This document shows, piece after piece, positions 1 to 11,116 of a stretch of 64,000 bases of DNA. The translations under genes and the position numbers were made by a program. Each line of letters begins with the position of its first letter. The stretch's first letter is position 1. The DNA is taken from positions 32,001-96,000 of the forward strand of contig JBBDYC010000007.1 of NCBI GenBank assembly GCA_040901985.1, written 5' to 3'. This stretch comes from Gemmatimonadaceae bacterium. GTDB taxonomy: Bacteria > Gemmatimonadota > Gemmatimonadetes > Gemmatimonadales > Gemmatimonadaceae. The notes below the pieces were generated by a model that searched no databases, was not told the DNA's origin, and saw nothing but the letters and a program-made list of their open reading frames with translations.

Positions 1-1133
1 TCGTAGGAGACCGCGCCCGGGACCGGGTCCCAGCGGATTGTGAAACTCTGGCCGCCCGACGCCCGGTCGCGTTGGTACCCGGTCCGCGCCGGCCGCGCCG
101 GTGCCGCCGCCAGGGCAACCACCGTCGCCAGATTCAGCCGCGCGACCTTGGCGACGTACGAGAAGTCCACGTGCTCGAGGACGTCGGTCGGCAGGTGCTG
201 GCGCTTGTAGTTCTCCAGCCGCTCGGAGAAGCGCAGGGCGGGGAGGCCCTGGCGATGGAAGGGCGCGTGGTCGCCTCCGCGGCCGAGCCGATCGAGCCGG
301 AACACCGGGACGACCTCGAACGCCGGTTGGTAGAGCGCGCCGATCCCCCAGACGTAGCGCGCGAGCTCGCTGCCGCCGAGTGCGAGCGAGTCCACCGCGA
401 AGACGCGCACCGACGTGGAGTCCACCCGCCCGTCATCCGCCACGACGTTGCCCACGATGTCGTCGGTAAAGGCGGCCGTGACCGTCTTGCCCTCGCGTTG
501 GAGGCGCCCGGCGAAGATCGTCGAGCCGAGCAGTCCGAGTTCCTCGCCGGTGTAGAGGACGAACGCGATGCTCGTCTCGAGTCCCTCCGGGAAGCGCCGG
601 CCGACCACGCGCGCGAGTTCCATCACCGCGACCGTCCCCGACCCATCGTCGTCGGCGCCGGGCGCGTCCGATTCGGCGTCCAAGCTGCTGATGGAGCAGA
701 TGCACGAATCGAAGTGCCCACCGATCACGACGACGCGCGACGTGTCGCGGCCGGGCAGCCACGCGACGACGTTCACCAGGTGCCAGGTCGGTCGGTCGGG
801 ATGGCGGGTGATGACCGCGCTCCCGGTATCGTACTCGACGCGGAGGCAGCCGCCGCAGTCGGCCGAGAACTGGGTGAGCTGCGCGTGGATCCAGCGCCGC
901 GCCGCGCCGATCCCCCGCGTCCCCGAGAGCGTATCGCTCAGCGTGTGCCGCGTCCCGAACGCGACGAGCGCCGAGTCCATCGCCCGCAGCCGCGCCGGCG
1001 AGACCTCCGCCATCGCCTCGACGATCCGCGCGTCGCGCGCGAACCCAAGCGTCCCCTGCGCGCCGAGCGCGCGCGCACCGGCCGTCAGCGCGGGGAGCGA
1101 AAGGAGTACGAGGGCAAGGACCAAACGCATCAT
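1..1133 (-). CDS. M28 family metallopeptidase, secreted (3' end outside window)
   Basis: Hand translation from ATG 1133 (not in ORF track): signal peptide MMRLVLALVLLSLPALTAGARALGA-Q, then M28 motifs GGHFDS, GADDDGSG, GEELGLLGS, GDHAPF; frame open to window edge. Confidence 0.85.
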   Translation of the reverse strand, partial: MMRLVLALVLLSLPALTAGARALGAQGTLGFARDARIVEAMAEVSPARLRAMDSALVAFGTRHTLSDTLSGTRGIGAARRWIHAQLTQFSADCGGCLRVEYDTGSAVITRHPDRPTWHLVNVVAWLPGRDTSRVVVIGGHFDSCICSISSLDAESDAPGADDDGSGTVAVMELARVVGRRFPEGLETSIAFVLYTGEELGLLGSTIFAGRLQREGKTVTAAFTDDIVGNVVADDGRVDSTSVRVFAVDSLALGGSELARYVWGIGALYQPAFEVVPVFRLDRLGRGGDHAPFHRQGLPALRFSERLENYKRQHLPTDVLEHVDFSYVAKVARLNLATVVALAAAPARPARTGYQRDRASGGQSFTIRWDPVPGAVSY

Positions 1134-1154
1134 CGCGAATGCCGTGGCGGCCGT

Positions 1155-1194
1155 CACCTCACACCTCACACCTCACACCTCACACCTCACACCT
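1155..1194. repeat. Heptamer tandem repeat (CACCTCA) x5.7
   Basis: Five perfect CACCTCA units plus CACCT, intergenic between two minus-strand genes. Confidence 0.95.
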
Positions 1195-1198
1195 GTCG

Positions 1199-1663
1199 TT
1201 AGAACATTGACATCGCAAGGAACGACCGCAGCGAATCGTTGGTCGCCCGGAGGCGGCCCGAGAGCAGCCGCACGCAGCTCCAGAGGATCTTGTACGCCAT
1301 CTCGCGGTTGAAGTCGAGCAGCAGCTCGAAGTCGCTGCGCGAGATCGTGAGCACCTTGGTGCCGCCGTTGGAGATCGCGTCCGTGGAGCGCTCGCTGCGG
1401 TCGAAGACCGACATCTCGCCAAAGAGCGCGCCGGGCTTGAGGACCGCGAGGGCTTCCTCGCCGCTCCCCGGCACGACGCGGGAGATGCGCACGTCGCCCT
1501 CGACGATGAGGTAGAGCCGGCTGCCGGCCTCGCCTTCCTTGAAGATGTACTCGCCCGAGACGAAGTCCTTGGTGCGGCACACCTCCGCGACGCGCGCCAG
1601 CTCGCCGTCGTCGAGGTCCTGGAAGATCGCAACGCCGCGCAAGAGCGCGACTGTGTCCGGCAT
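1199..1663 (-). CDS. Stand-alone cyclic-nucleotide-binding domain protein (no Crp HTH)
   Basis: IFKEGEAGSRLYLIVEGDV and FGEMSVFDRSERS cNMP motifs; 154 aa ending just after the C-helix; ATG 1663. Confidence 0.85.
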   Translation of the reverse strand: MPDTVALLRGVAIFQDLDDGELARVAEVCRTKDFVSGEYIFKEGEAGSRLYLIVEGDVRISRVVPGSGEEALAVLKPGALFGEMSVFDRSERSTDAISNGGTKVLTISRSDFELLLDFNREMAYKILWSCVRLLSGRLRATNDSLRSFLAMSMF

Positions 1664-1770
1664 CGGGACCTCGGGAGCGGAGCGAAGAGTGAACAAGCCG
1701 AAGCTACCGGGGCGTTCCGGCACTCGCAAGTTGCTGTGCTGCTTGGGGCTGCGGCGATACTTTACCCGGA

Positions 1771-2289
1771 ATGCGCGGGAACGGACTTGAGCTCTGCCTG
1801 GTCGCGGCGGCCCTGGCCACGGTGGCCGCGGCCGCCACGCCGCCGGCCGCGGCCGCGCAGGGCGCCGAGCGTCCCGGGCTGATGCCACAATGGGAGGTCC
1901 GGCTCGACGCGACCAGCGCGCGCGCCCCGGCTGTGCACGCGGGGGCGGGGCTCAACGTGCGTGCCGGCCTGTATGCGAGGGTCGGCCTTGCCGCCGCGCT
2001 CGGCGGCGCGCGCGCCACCGACGATCGCTGGGACGTCAGCCAGCGCCTCGACCTCACGGTTCGGTTCCTCCTCGATCCGTTCGACGAGCGGCGGTTCGGG
2101 CTCTACGGCGGCGCGGGCGTCGGCGCGCGGCGCGATGGGTCCGATCAGGTCGTGGGAAGCCTGCTCCTCGTAGCCGGGGTCGAGGGAGGCGGCACCCGCG
2201 GACCGCGGCTGGCGGTCGAACTCGGGCTCGGGGGCGGTGCCCGCCTCGGCGTGGTGTTGCGGGGGCGTCGGGCGGGCCAGACCCGCTGA
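1771..2289 (+). CDS. Secreted hypothetical protein, outer-membrane beta-barrel-like
   Basis: Signal peptide ending AAAA-Q, Gly-rich amphipathic strands (LYGGAGVG, VELGLGGG). Confidence 0.6.
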   Translation: MRGNGLELCLVAAALATVAAAATPPAAAAQGAERPGLMPQWEVRLDATSARAPAVHAGAGLNVRAGLYARVGLAAALGGARATDDRWDVSQRLDLTVRFLLDPFDERRFGLYGGAGVGARRDGSDQVVGSLLLVAGVEGGGTRGPRLAVELGLGGGARLGVVLRGRRAGQTR

Positions 2290-2328
2290 TGCGACGAGGC
2301 CCCGACCGTGTTGGCCGGGGCCCCGCCG

Positions 2329-2607
2329 TCAGCCATTCACTGTCTCGGCAGCCGCGGCGGCCGCCTTCTGCGTCGGCGCCGCAAACCGCTCGCCAAGTAC
2401 CCGAAGCTCCGCGACCTGCTTCTTGCTCAACTCGTGGTAGCGTTCGCCAAGGTAGGCCATCGTCTCGTCGAACCACTCGGCCTGATGCGCCGGGTCGGAG
2501 CCGATCACGCCACACCGCATCACATGTTGGAACATCTCATCGCGCGCCTGGTCGAACGGCGACGGCGGGGCGGCCACTGGGCGACCGCGGGGTTTCTGTC
2601 TGCTCAT
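2329..2607 (-). CDS. Hypothetical protein (92 aa, helical)
   Basis: ATG with purine-rich upstream sequence; protein-like composition unlike the overlapping shadow ORFs. Confidence 0.7.
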   Translation of the reverse strand: MSRQKPRGRPVAAPPSPFDQARDEMFQHVMRCGVIGSDPAHQAEWFDETMAYLGERYHELSKKQVAELRVLGERFAAPTQKAAAAAAETVNG

Positions 2608-2772
2608 CTCTTCCGGTTCGAGGTTTTTTGTGCTCCGCGCGGGTGCCCCGCGCGCTCCTCAGAAAGGTAACCGGGTGACGGGCAATCCCAAACCCCACGC
2701 CTACCGTCGGCGCGTGGGAGGAGTAGCTTGCGGGGGTCCGCCCATTTCGTGTCCTACGGGAGAGCATCCGCC

Positions 2773-3492
2773 GTGGCTACCAAGAAGCCCGCCTCGTCCA
2801 AGAACTTCACTGTGATCCTCGTCGTCGTCGGCCTTGCCGGCGTCGCGATTCTCGGCTGGGCGACCACCCGGCCGGTGAAGACGCTTGTCCTCGACCCCGC
2901 CGCACTCCCCCGGGTCGCCGCCGCCGGCATCCTCAAGGGCGATCCGAACGCGCCGGTGCAGGTCGTCGAATTCGCCGACTTCGAGTGCCCGGGCTGCGGC
3001 TATTACGCGACCGTCACCGGCCCCGACGTCGCGCGACTCCTCGTGGAGACCGGCGAGATCTCGTTCCGCTTCGTTGACCTTCCCCTTTCGGGGCACCTGA
3101 ACTCCGTCGCCGCGCACAACGCCGCGCACTGCGCCCACGAGCAGGGGAAGTTCTGGGAGATGCACGACCGCATCTTCAACGGGCAGCACGAGTGGAACAC
3201 CCAGGCGACGCGCGCCCCGAAAAAGGTCCTCGAGCGCTATGCGCGCGCGGTCGGCGTGGATATCGCCCAATGGAACGAGTGCTACGACTCCGAGCGAATG
3301 TTGCCGCAGATCCTTGCGAATCGCACCGAGGCCGAGCGGCTCCGCGTCAGCTCGACGCCGACCTTCCTGATCGGCAATCGGATGGTGCCGGGAAACGTCT
3401 CGTACGACCAGTTCCGCGCCTACGTGCTCGAGGCGAAGGTGGCGGCGGCGATGCGGCAGCCGGGCGATCGGGCGACCGTCCCGGTCCCGTAG
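2773..3492 (+). CDS. DsbA-family thiol-disulfide oxidoreductase, membrane-anchored
   Basis: N-terminal TM, EFADFECPGC (CxxC), STPTF cis-Pro motif; GTG 2773 start inferred. Confidence 0.88.
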   Translation: MATKKPASSKNFTVILVVVGLAGVAILGWATTRPVKTLVLDPAALPRVAAAGILKGDPNAPVQVVEFADFECPGCGYYATVTGPDVARLLVETGEISFRFVDLPLSGHLNSVAAHNAAHCAHEQGKFWEMHDRIFNGQHEWNTQATRAPKKVLERYARAVGVDIAQWNECYDSERMLPQILANRTEAERLRVSSTPTFLIGNRMVPGNVSYDQFRAYVLEAKVAAAMRQPGDRATVPVP

Positions 3493-3495
3493 CCC

Positions 3496-5460
<1,965 letters not shown>

Positions 5461-5654
5461 CCGCGAATTGTAGGTCGCGGTGACGGGGGTGGCCACCGCG
5501 CGATCGCCAAGGCCAAATCGTCGAATTGCCAAGAATCCATACAGCGCCTTGTTTTTCGCCACAAGCGACGCAAGGCACCATATATTTGCCCAACATCACC
5601 CTGTGATATCGCTATAAGTCATTGTCATATAGCCAGTTACAAGCAGTCAGCACG

Positions 5655-5670
5655 CGGCACGACTCTGGCT
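5655..5670 (+). promoter_or_regulatory. Putative sigma54 (-24/-12) promoter upstream of STAS gene
   Basis: CGGCACG-ACTC-TGGCT (GG-N10-GC), preceded by an AT-rich tract with IHF-like TAA-N4-TTG at 5615-5624. Confidence 0.55.
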
Positions 5671-5794
5671 ATTCTATGTGGTCACAACCGCAGGATGCCA
5701 CACCGACAAGAGCACACCCATCGCGCCGTTCACGGCACACCGGAAGCGGGACGCCTGGATGTCGGAACGGCTCTCCCCTGCGAGGAGGAGCGTG

Positions 5795-6124
5795 ATGACG
5801 AACCAGGAATCCTTCGACGTGGAGAAAGTCGTGCAGCCCTTCGTTGCCCCGAGTCACCTGACGGCCGATTGTCGGCTGGAGTTCCGTCGCGCGGCGCTGG
5901 ATGCCCTCGACGCCGCCGTGCGCGCCGGGGAGCGCGCCGTCGAGGTGGACCTCGGTGCCACGGTCGAGATTGACCCCAGCGGCCTCGGCGTCCTGATCCT
6001 GCTGCAGAAGCGCTCGCGGGAGCGTGGGCTGGCGACGCGCCTCATCAACGTCCCGCACATCGTGGACCAGCTGCTCATCGTGACGAACCTTGAGTCGCTC
6101 TTCGAGGTGGTGCGCGCTCGGTGA
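5795..6124 (+). CDS. STAS domain protein (anti-sigma factor antagonist-like)
   Basis: VDLGATVEIDPSGLGVL STAS phospho-Ser motif; strong RBS GAGGAGGA. Confidence 0.85.
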   Translation: MTNQESFDVEKVVQPFVAPSHLTADCRLEFRRAALDALDAAVRAGERAVEVDLGATVEIDPSGLGVLILLQKRSRERGLATRLINVPHIVDQLLIVTNLESLFEVVRAR

Positions 6125-6157
6125 TGCGGACGGGGGCCAGACGACGTACCGTTCACG

Positions 6158-6700
6158 ATGATTCATCCTTGGAAGGATCTCGCGCCCGGGCGGACGCCAC
6201 CCGAGATCGTCACGGCGGTAATCGAGATTCCGCAGGGCGCGCGGAACAAGTACGAGCTCGACAAGGAGTCGGGGCTCTTCCGGCTCGACCGCGTTCTCTA
6301 CTCGGCGGTGCACTATCCCGGCGACTACGGGTTGATCCCGCGCACGCTGCACGAGGACAACGACCCGCTCGACGTCCTGGTGATGATCAAGGAGTCGACG
6401 TTCACCGGCTGCCTGATGGACGTGCGCCCGGTGGGGGTGCTCAAGATGCTCGACCGCGGCGAGCCGGACGACAAGATCCTCGCCGTCCCGGTGAACGACC
6501 CGCAGCACGGCGAATACTTCGACATCGCCGACCTCCCGGCGCACTACCTCAAGGAGATCGAACACTTCTTCGCGATCTACAAGGACCTCGAAGGGCGGCG
6601 GGTGGAGGTCGTCGGATGGGAGAAGAGCGAGGTGGCGATGCAGGTGATCACCGAGAGCATCGTGCGCTACGCGGACGCGTACCTGGCGCAGGGACCGTAG
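6158..6700 (+). CDS. ppa: Inorganic pyrophosphatase (family I)
   Basis: NKYELDK, YPGDYG, DNDPLD, DDKI motifs. Confidence 0.96.
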   Translation: MIHPWKDLAPGRTPPEIVTAVIEIPQGARNKYELDKESGLFRLDRVLYSAVHYPGDYGLIPRTLHEDNDPLDVLVMIKESTFTGCLMDVRPVGVLKMLDRGEPDDKILAVPVNDPQHGEYFDIADLPAHYLKEIEHFFAIYKDLEGRRVEVVGWEKSEVAMQVITESIVRYADAYLAQGP

Positions 6701-6749
6701 GAACGGCGGGGAGCGGCGAACGCCGGCGCGCGCGGTTCGACCTCGCAGT

Positions 6750-7226
6750 TCATTGCGCCCAACGGCCGTAGCCGCCCCGGTGATAGATCAGGGGCTCGCC
6801 GTCACGGACCGTCGTGGCGACCACCTCGCCGACCAGGATCGTGTGGTCCCCGCCCGGGTGTCGCGCCTCCGTCCGGCACTCGATGTGGGCCAAGGCGCCG
6901 TCGAGCAGGGGGATGCCCTGCCGTCCCCGCGTGAACGGCACACCGTCAAAGCGGTCCACCTCGCGCTCGGCGAAGCGTCGGGAAATCGGCTCCTGGTCCG
7001 CCGCGAGGATGTTGACCGCGAAGTGCATCGTGCGGTCGAGCACCGGCGCCACCGAGGCGCCGTGGTCCACGCAGAGGAGGATCAACGGCGGCGCGAGCGA
7101 GAGGGCGCTGAAGGCGCTGACCGTCATCCCGACGTCGCGGCCGTCGTCGTCGCGCGCGGTGACGACGGTGACGCCGGAGGCGAAGCGGCCGAGCGCGGCG
7201 CGAAAGAGCGAAGGGTCCACGGACAC
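6750..7226 (-). CDS. Flavin reductase family protein
   Basis: FRAALGRFASGVTVVT, GDHTILVGEV, PLIY motifs; start GTG uncertain. Confidence 0.9.
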   Translation of the reverse strand: MSVDPSLFRAALGRFASGVTVVTARDDDGRDVGMTVSAFSALSLAPPLILLCVDHGASVAPVLDRTMHFAVNILAADQEPISRRFAEREVDRFDGVPFTRGRQGIPLLDGALAHIECRTEARHPGGDHTILVGEVVATTVRDGEPLIYHRGGYGRWAQ

Positions 7227-7242
7227 GGCCCGTAAGATCGCC

Positions 7243-8007
7243 CTAGCGCCAGGCGGCCGCGACTCCAAGCGCCGCCGCGCCGCCGATCAGCGTGGCGCAG
7301 AGGTTGACCGCATCGTTCGTCATCCAGGCAATCCCGCTCGCGTGGCGCGTCGGCGCGCCGCACCGGTGCGTGGCACGCTCGGTCCACGTGGCGCAGGCGT
7401 CGCAGCGGCGGCGCGCCTGGATGGTGGCCCCCAGCAGACTGTCGCCAAGGCTTCCTGCGACGCCGCCAATTGTCACTGCCACGAGGGCGACCGCCGCCGT
7501 GACGCCGAGCGGCGCGAGCAGCAGGGTGGCTGCGGCGGCAACGGCGAGCGCCCCGGCGGCGCTTGCCGCGAGCCCGGCCGCGGTGATCCCGCCGGACGTT
7601 CCCGGCTCGACGGGCGCCCAGGTCAGCACCGACCGCGGCGCGCCGCCCCAGAGCAGCCCGACCTCCGTCGCCCAGGTGTCCGCCGTTGCGGCGGCGAGGG
7701 CGCCGAGCGCGCCGAGGGCTGCCAACGCCGCGCGCTCGTCGCCGCCGAGCGCGACGAGCATCGCCCCGAGCGCAAAGACGCCGCCATTCGCGGCGACCTG
7801 CGTCGCGCTGCGTGCGGCCGTCGGCGCGAGGACGCTCGCCGCGCGTGCGGCCTTCGTCGCCCGGCCGAGCTGCGTCAGGAGACTCGACACGATGAAGTAC
7901 CCGAGGAGCAACGCCACCCACCCCCAGCCGGCGAGCGCGGCGGCCGTGCCGACGACGAGTGCGGCCCACCGTCCGCCGCGCGTGAGCCACCGAGGAGGGA
8001 TCGGCAT
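7243..8007 (-). CDS. DUF92 / TMEM19-family membrane protein
   Basis: QVAANGG, ADTWATEVG, GTSGGIT, DSLLGA, NDAVN motifs. Confidence 0.88.
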   Translation of the reverse strand: MPIPPRWLTRGGRWAALVVGTAAALAGWGWVALLLGYFIVSSLLTQLGRATKAARAASVLAPTAARSATQVAANGGVFALGAMLVALGGDERAALAALGALGALAAATADTWATEVGLLWGGAPRSVLTWAPVEPGTSGGITAAGLAASAAGALAVAAAATLLLAPLGVTAAVALVAVTIGGVAGSLGDSLLGATIQARRRCDACATWTERATHRCGAPTRHASGIAWMTNDAVNLCATLIGGAAALGVAAAWR

Positions 8008-8077
8008 ACCTCGTCAGAAGCTATGTGCGGCGATTACCTTCCGCCCCTGCAGTGGTTCCACCACCGCTTCCGACGCG

Positions 8078-8698
8078 ATGACCCCCACCCTCGATCCGCT
8101 GATCCCGCTCGTCCTGCTCGAGGCCGTCCGCACCGTGGATCTTCCGGAGGGCGAGCTCGAGGCGGAGTTTGTCGAGGAACTCCGCTCCAAGCGGTTCGGG
8201 CTCAGCGACACGGTGCTGGCGCAGATCCGCCGGTATCGCGAGGCGGTCAAGCGGAGCCAGCGGCCGCCGACCGACGAAGCCATCGGGATCGCGCGCCTGA
8301 TCGGGCGTCGCGCCGACGCCGAGGCGGTCTTCCGCGAGGCCGGGCGGATGGTGGCGCGTCAGACGTACGCGCGCGTGGCCGCCCCGACCCGCCGCCTGCT
8401 GCTGATCCTCCCCGCGCTCTTCGCGCGGCCGCTCGCGCTCCGCCAGATCCGGCGGATCAGCGAGCGCTACCTGGGCGGCAAGGTCTGGCGCGTCGGCGCG
8501 TCCATCCACCTTGAGGTGCGCGAGTCGGTCACCCGCGACACGGCGCCCAAGCTCGCCGGCTGCACCTTCTACGAGGCGGCGCTGCGCGAGCTGATGCAGC
8601 GCCTTGTGGCCGGCGTTGGTGCGGTGGAGCACGTCCGCTGCGGCACCCGCGGCGAAGGCACCTGTGAGTGGCGCGCCGCGTGGCGCGGCTCGCGCTGA
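8078..8698 (+). CDS. Hypothetical protein with V4R-like C-terminus
   Basis: C-terminal GCTFYE...EHVRC...GEGTCEW pattern typical of V4R; ATG 8078. Confidence 0.65.
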   Translation: MTPTLDPLIPLVLLEAVRTVDLPEGELEAEFVEELRSKRFGLSDTVLAQIRRYREAVKRSQRPPTDEAIGIARLIGRRADAEAVFREAGRMVARQTYARVAAPTRRLLLILPALFARPLALRQIRRISERYLGGKVWRVGASIHLEVRESVTRDTAPKLAGCTFYEAALRELMQRLVAGVGAVEHVRCGTRGEGTCEWRAAWRGSR

Positions 8699-8702
8699 CG
8701 CG

Positions 8703-9902
8703 ATGCTGACGCCGGCGACGCTCGCCGAACTGCAGTCGGCGCTCCGCGCGGCGGGGCTCGACGGGTGGCTGCTCTACGACTTCCGAGGCCTGAACCCGGT
8801 CGCCGGCGCCCTGCTCGGAATTCGCGGACTGGTCACGCGCCGAATCTTCGCCTGGATCCCCGCGACGGGCACGCCGACGGCGATCACGCACGCAATCGAA
8901 CAGGGCCCCTGGGTGGACTGGCCCGCCGCGTGGGACCGGAAGGTGTACAGCGCGTGGCGCGAGCTCGAGGCGTTGCTCCCGCCGCTCGTCCGCGGCAGGC
9001 GGATCGCGATGGAGTACTCGCCCGGCGATGCCGTCCCGGTGGTGGACCGGATCCCGGCCGGTGTCCTCGAGCTCGTCCGCGCCAGCGGCGCCGAGGTGGT
9101 GACGAGCGGCGAGCTGGTGACGCAGTTCTTTGCCGTGTGGAGCGCCGCCGAGGTTGCCTCCCACCGCCGCAACGCGGAGTTGCTTCGCGCGCTGGCGCTC
9201 GCGGCCTTCGCGCGGGTCGGCGACGCCGTCCGCGCCGGGACGCCGATCCACGAACACGACGTGAAGGCGTGGCTCCTCGCCCAGTTCGAGGCGAACGGCG
9301 TCTGGACGGACCACGGCCCGATCATCGCGGCGACGGAGAACGCGGCCGACCCACACTACGAGCCGACGCCGGAGCGGCCGCGTCCGTTTCGCCAGGGCGA
9401 TGTGGTGCTGATTGACCTGTTCGCGACGGACGTCGGCCAGCCGCCGGGCGCGATGTGGGCCGACCAGACGTGGATGGCGGTGATCGGCACGCCGACGGCG
9501 CGGCAGCGCGAGGTCTGGGCGTCGATCCGCGACGCGCGCGACGCGGCCATCACCCTCCTCACCGAGCGACTCGCCGGCGCCACGCCGGTCCGCGGCGGCG
9601 AGGCCGACGCCGCCGCGCGCGCGGTGATCGAGCAGCGCGGATTCGGGAAGCACTTCACCCACCGCACCGGCCACTCGATTGACGCCCGCGGGCTTCACGG
9701 GATGGGCCCCAACATTGACGACCTCGAGACGCGCGACAATCGCCTGCTCGTACCGGGCGTCGGCTTCTCGATCGAGCCGGGCATCTACATCGCGGGCGAG
9801 GTCGGGATGCGAACCGAGGTGAACGCCTACGTGGCGGGGGAGGGGCTCGTCGTCACGCCGGCCGAGATCCAGCGCGACCTGATCGTCGTGCCGTCGTCGT
9901 GA
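8703..9902 (+). CDS. M24 family Xaa-Pro aminopeptidase-like protein
   Basis: ADPHY, VLIDL, ADQT, HRTGHS, SIEPGIY, GMRTE metal-ligand motifs. Confidence 0.92.
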   Translation: MLTPATLAELQSALRAAGLDGWLLYDFRGLNPVAGALLGIRGLVTRRIFAWIPATGTPTAITHAIEQGPWVDWPAAWDRKVYSAWRELEALLPPLVRGRRIAMEYSPGDAVPVVDRIPAGVLELVRASGAEVVTSGELVTQFFAVWSAAEVASHRRNAELLRALALAAFARVGDAVRAGTPIHEHDVKAWLLAQFEANGVWTDHGPIIAATENAADPHYEPTPERPRPFRQGDVVLIDLFATDVGQPPGAMWADQTWMAVIGTPTARQREVWASIRDARDAAITLLTERLAGATPVRGGEADAAARAVIEQRGFGKHFTHRTGHSIDARGLHGMGPNIDDLETRDNRLLVPGVGFSIEPGIYIAGEVGMRTEVNAYVAGEGLVVTPAEIQRDLIVVPSS

Positions 9903-9909
9903 CGCTCGC

Positions 9910-10803
9910 TCAGGCCAGGCGTCGGTCCAGCGCCATCGAGACGAAGAGCAGCGCCAGGTAGAGGAGCGAGTACCCGTAGACCCACCACGACGGCTTGACG
10001 AAGTCGGCCGCCGCGCGCACACGCCAGACGCCGTACAGCAGCAGCGCGCCGAGGACCAGCGCGCTCGCCAGGTAGAGCCAGCCAAACGCCCCGAACGCCA
10101 CCGGGAGCACCGTGAGCGCGACGAGGAGGACGGAATACCACCACATCTGGTTGATCGTCTCGCGCTCGCCCCAGACGAGCGGCGCCATCGGCACGCCGGC
10201 GTCCCCGTAGTCGCGCTGCTTGTTGAGCGCGAGCGCCCAGAAATGGGGCGGCGTCCAATAGAAGATGATCAGGAAGAGGTACCACGCCGTGAGGTCGAGC
10301 GTCCCCGTCGTCGCCGCCCAGCCGACGAGGGGCGGGAAGGCCCCCGCCGCGCCGCCGATCACGATGTTCTGCGGCGATGAACGCTTGAGCCAGCGCGTGT
10401 AGACGAACACGTAAAAGTAGAAACCGGCCAGCGCGAGCGCGCCGGCGAGCACGTTCACGAAGGTCGCCAGTAGCCAGGTCGCCGCGGTCGCGAGCCCGAC
10501 GCCGAAGGCGAGCACGGCCGTGGCGTGCATACGCCTGCTGGGAATCGGCCGCATCCGGGTCCGCGCCATCACGTCGTCAATGTCGCGGTCCAGGTACATA
10601 TTCACCGCGTTGGCGCCACCGGCCATCAGGTAGCCGCCGATCACCACGAGGACGACGGTGCTCCAGGCGGGTACGCCGGCCACATACATCGGCGCGATGG
10701 TCGTGACGAGGAGCAGCGAGATGATGCGCGGCTTGGTCAGCGCGACCAGGTCGCGCAGCAGCGACGTGGGCTTGGCCGCGCTGGCCGTCGCCCAGTCGGT
10801 CAC
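9910..10803 (-). CDS. ctaB: Protoheme IX farnesyltransferase (heme o synthase)
   Basis: LTKPRI, DRDID..M.RT..RP, WTPPHFWAL motifs; GTG start overlaps upstream stop (GTGA). Confidence 0.95.
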   Translation of the reverse strand: MTDWATASAAKPTSLLRDLVALTKPRIISLLLVTTIAPMYVAGVPAWSTVVLVVIGGYLMAGGANAVNMYLDRDIDDVMARTRMRPIPSRRMHATAVLAFGVGLATAATWLLATFVNVLAGALALAGFYFYVFVYTRWLKRSSPQNIVIGGAAGAFPPLVGWAATTGTLDLTAWYLFLIIFYWTPPHFWALALNKQRDYGDAGVPMAPLVWGERETINQMWWYSVLLVALTVLPVAFGAFGWLYLASALVLGALLLYGVWRVRAAADFVKPSWWVYGYSLLYLALLFVSMALDRRLA

Positions 10804-11057
10804 AGGCGGATGGAGGTCGGCGCCGGGCCGGTCAGGTCCACCTGGATCGTCGGCGGCGCCGTCGCCGCGCGCCACGAGAGCCAGAGGACCACGACGAGCA
10901 CGAGCGCGGGGGCGACGGCGAAGCCCCGCTCGAGCGCCGAGGGCGCGGCACCGCCCGCTCGCCAGGCCCGGGCGGTGGAACGCAGGATCATCGCCTGCGC
11001 GATGACGACCGCGGCGGCGGCAATCCAGAAGAGCGCGGTGACGAGCAGGGAAGGCAC
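10800..11057 (-). CDS. Small two-TM membrane protein resembling the cytochrome c oxidase subunit II TM hairpin
   Basis: Two hydrophobic helices, second LERGFAVAPALVLVVVL like the COX2 LE..WT..P motif; coupled to ctaB. Confidence 0.6.
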   Translation of the reverse strand: MPSLLVTALFWIAAAAVVIAQAMILRSTARAWRAGGAAPSALERGFAVAPALVLVVVLWLSWRAATAPPTIQVDLTGPAPTSIRL

Positions 11058-11116
11058 CGGCGAATTATCGCGCGTGGGGCTCCCCGGAGGGAGTCCCTGC
11101 CCATAGTTTCGCCGGG

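Noticed and set aside
1155..1194. Repeat as a CRISPR array
   Set aside because: 7-bp contiguous units without spacers; no cas genes
2608..2772. Possible ncRNA with two GC hairpins
   Set aside because: Short stems expected by chance at this GC; no known RNA motif; region plausibly holds divergent promoters
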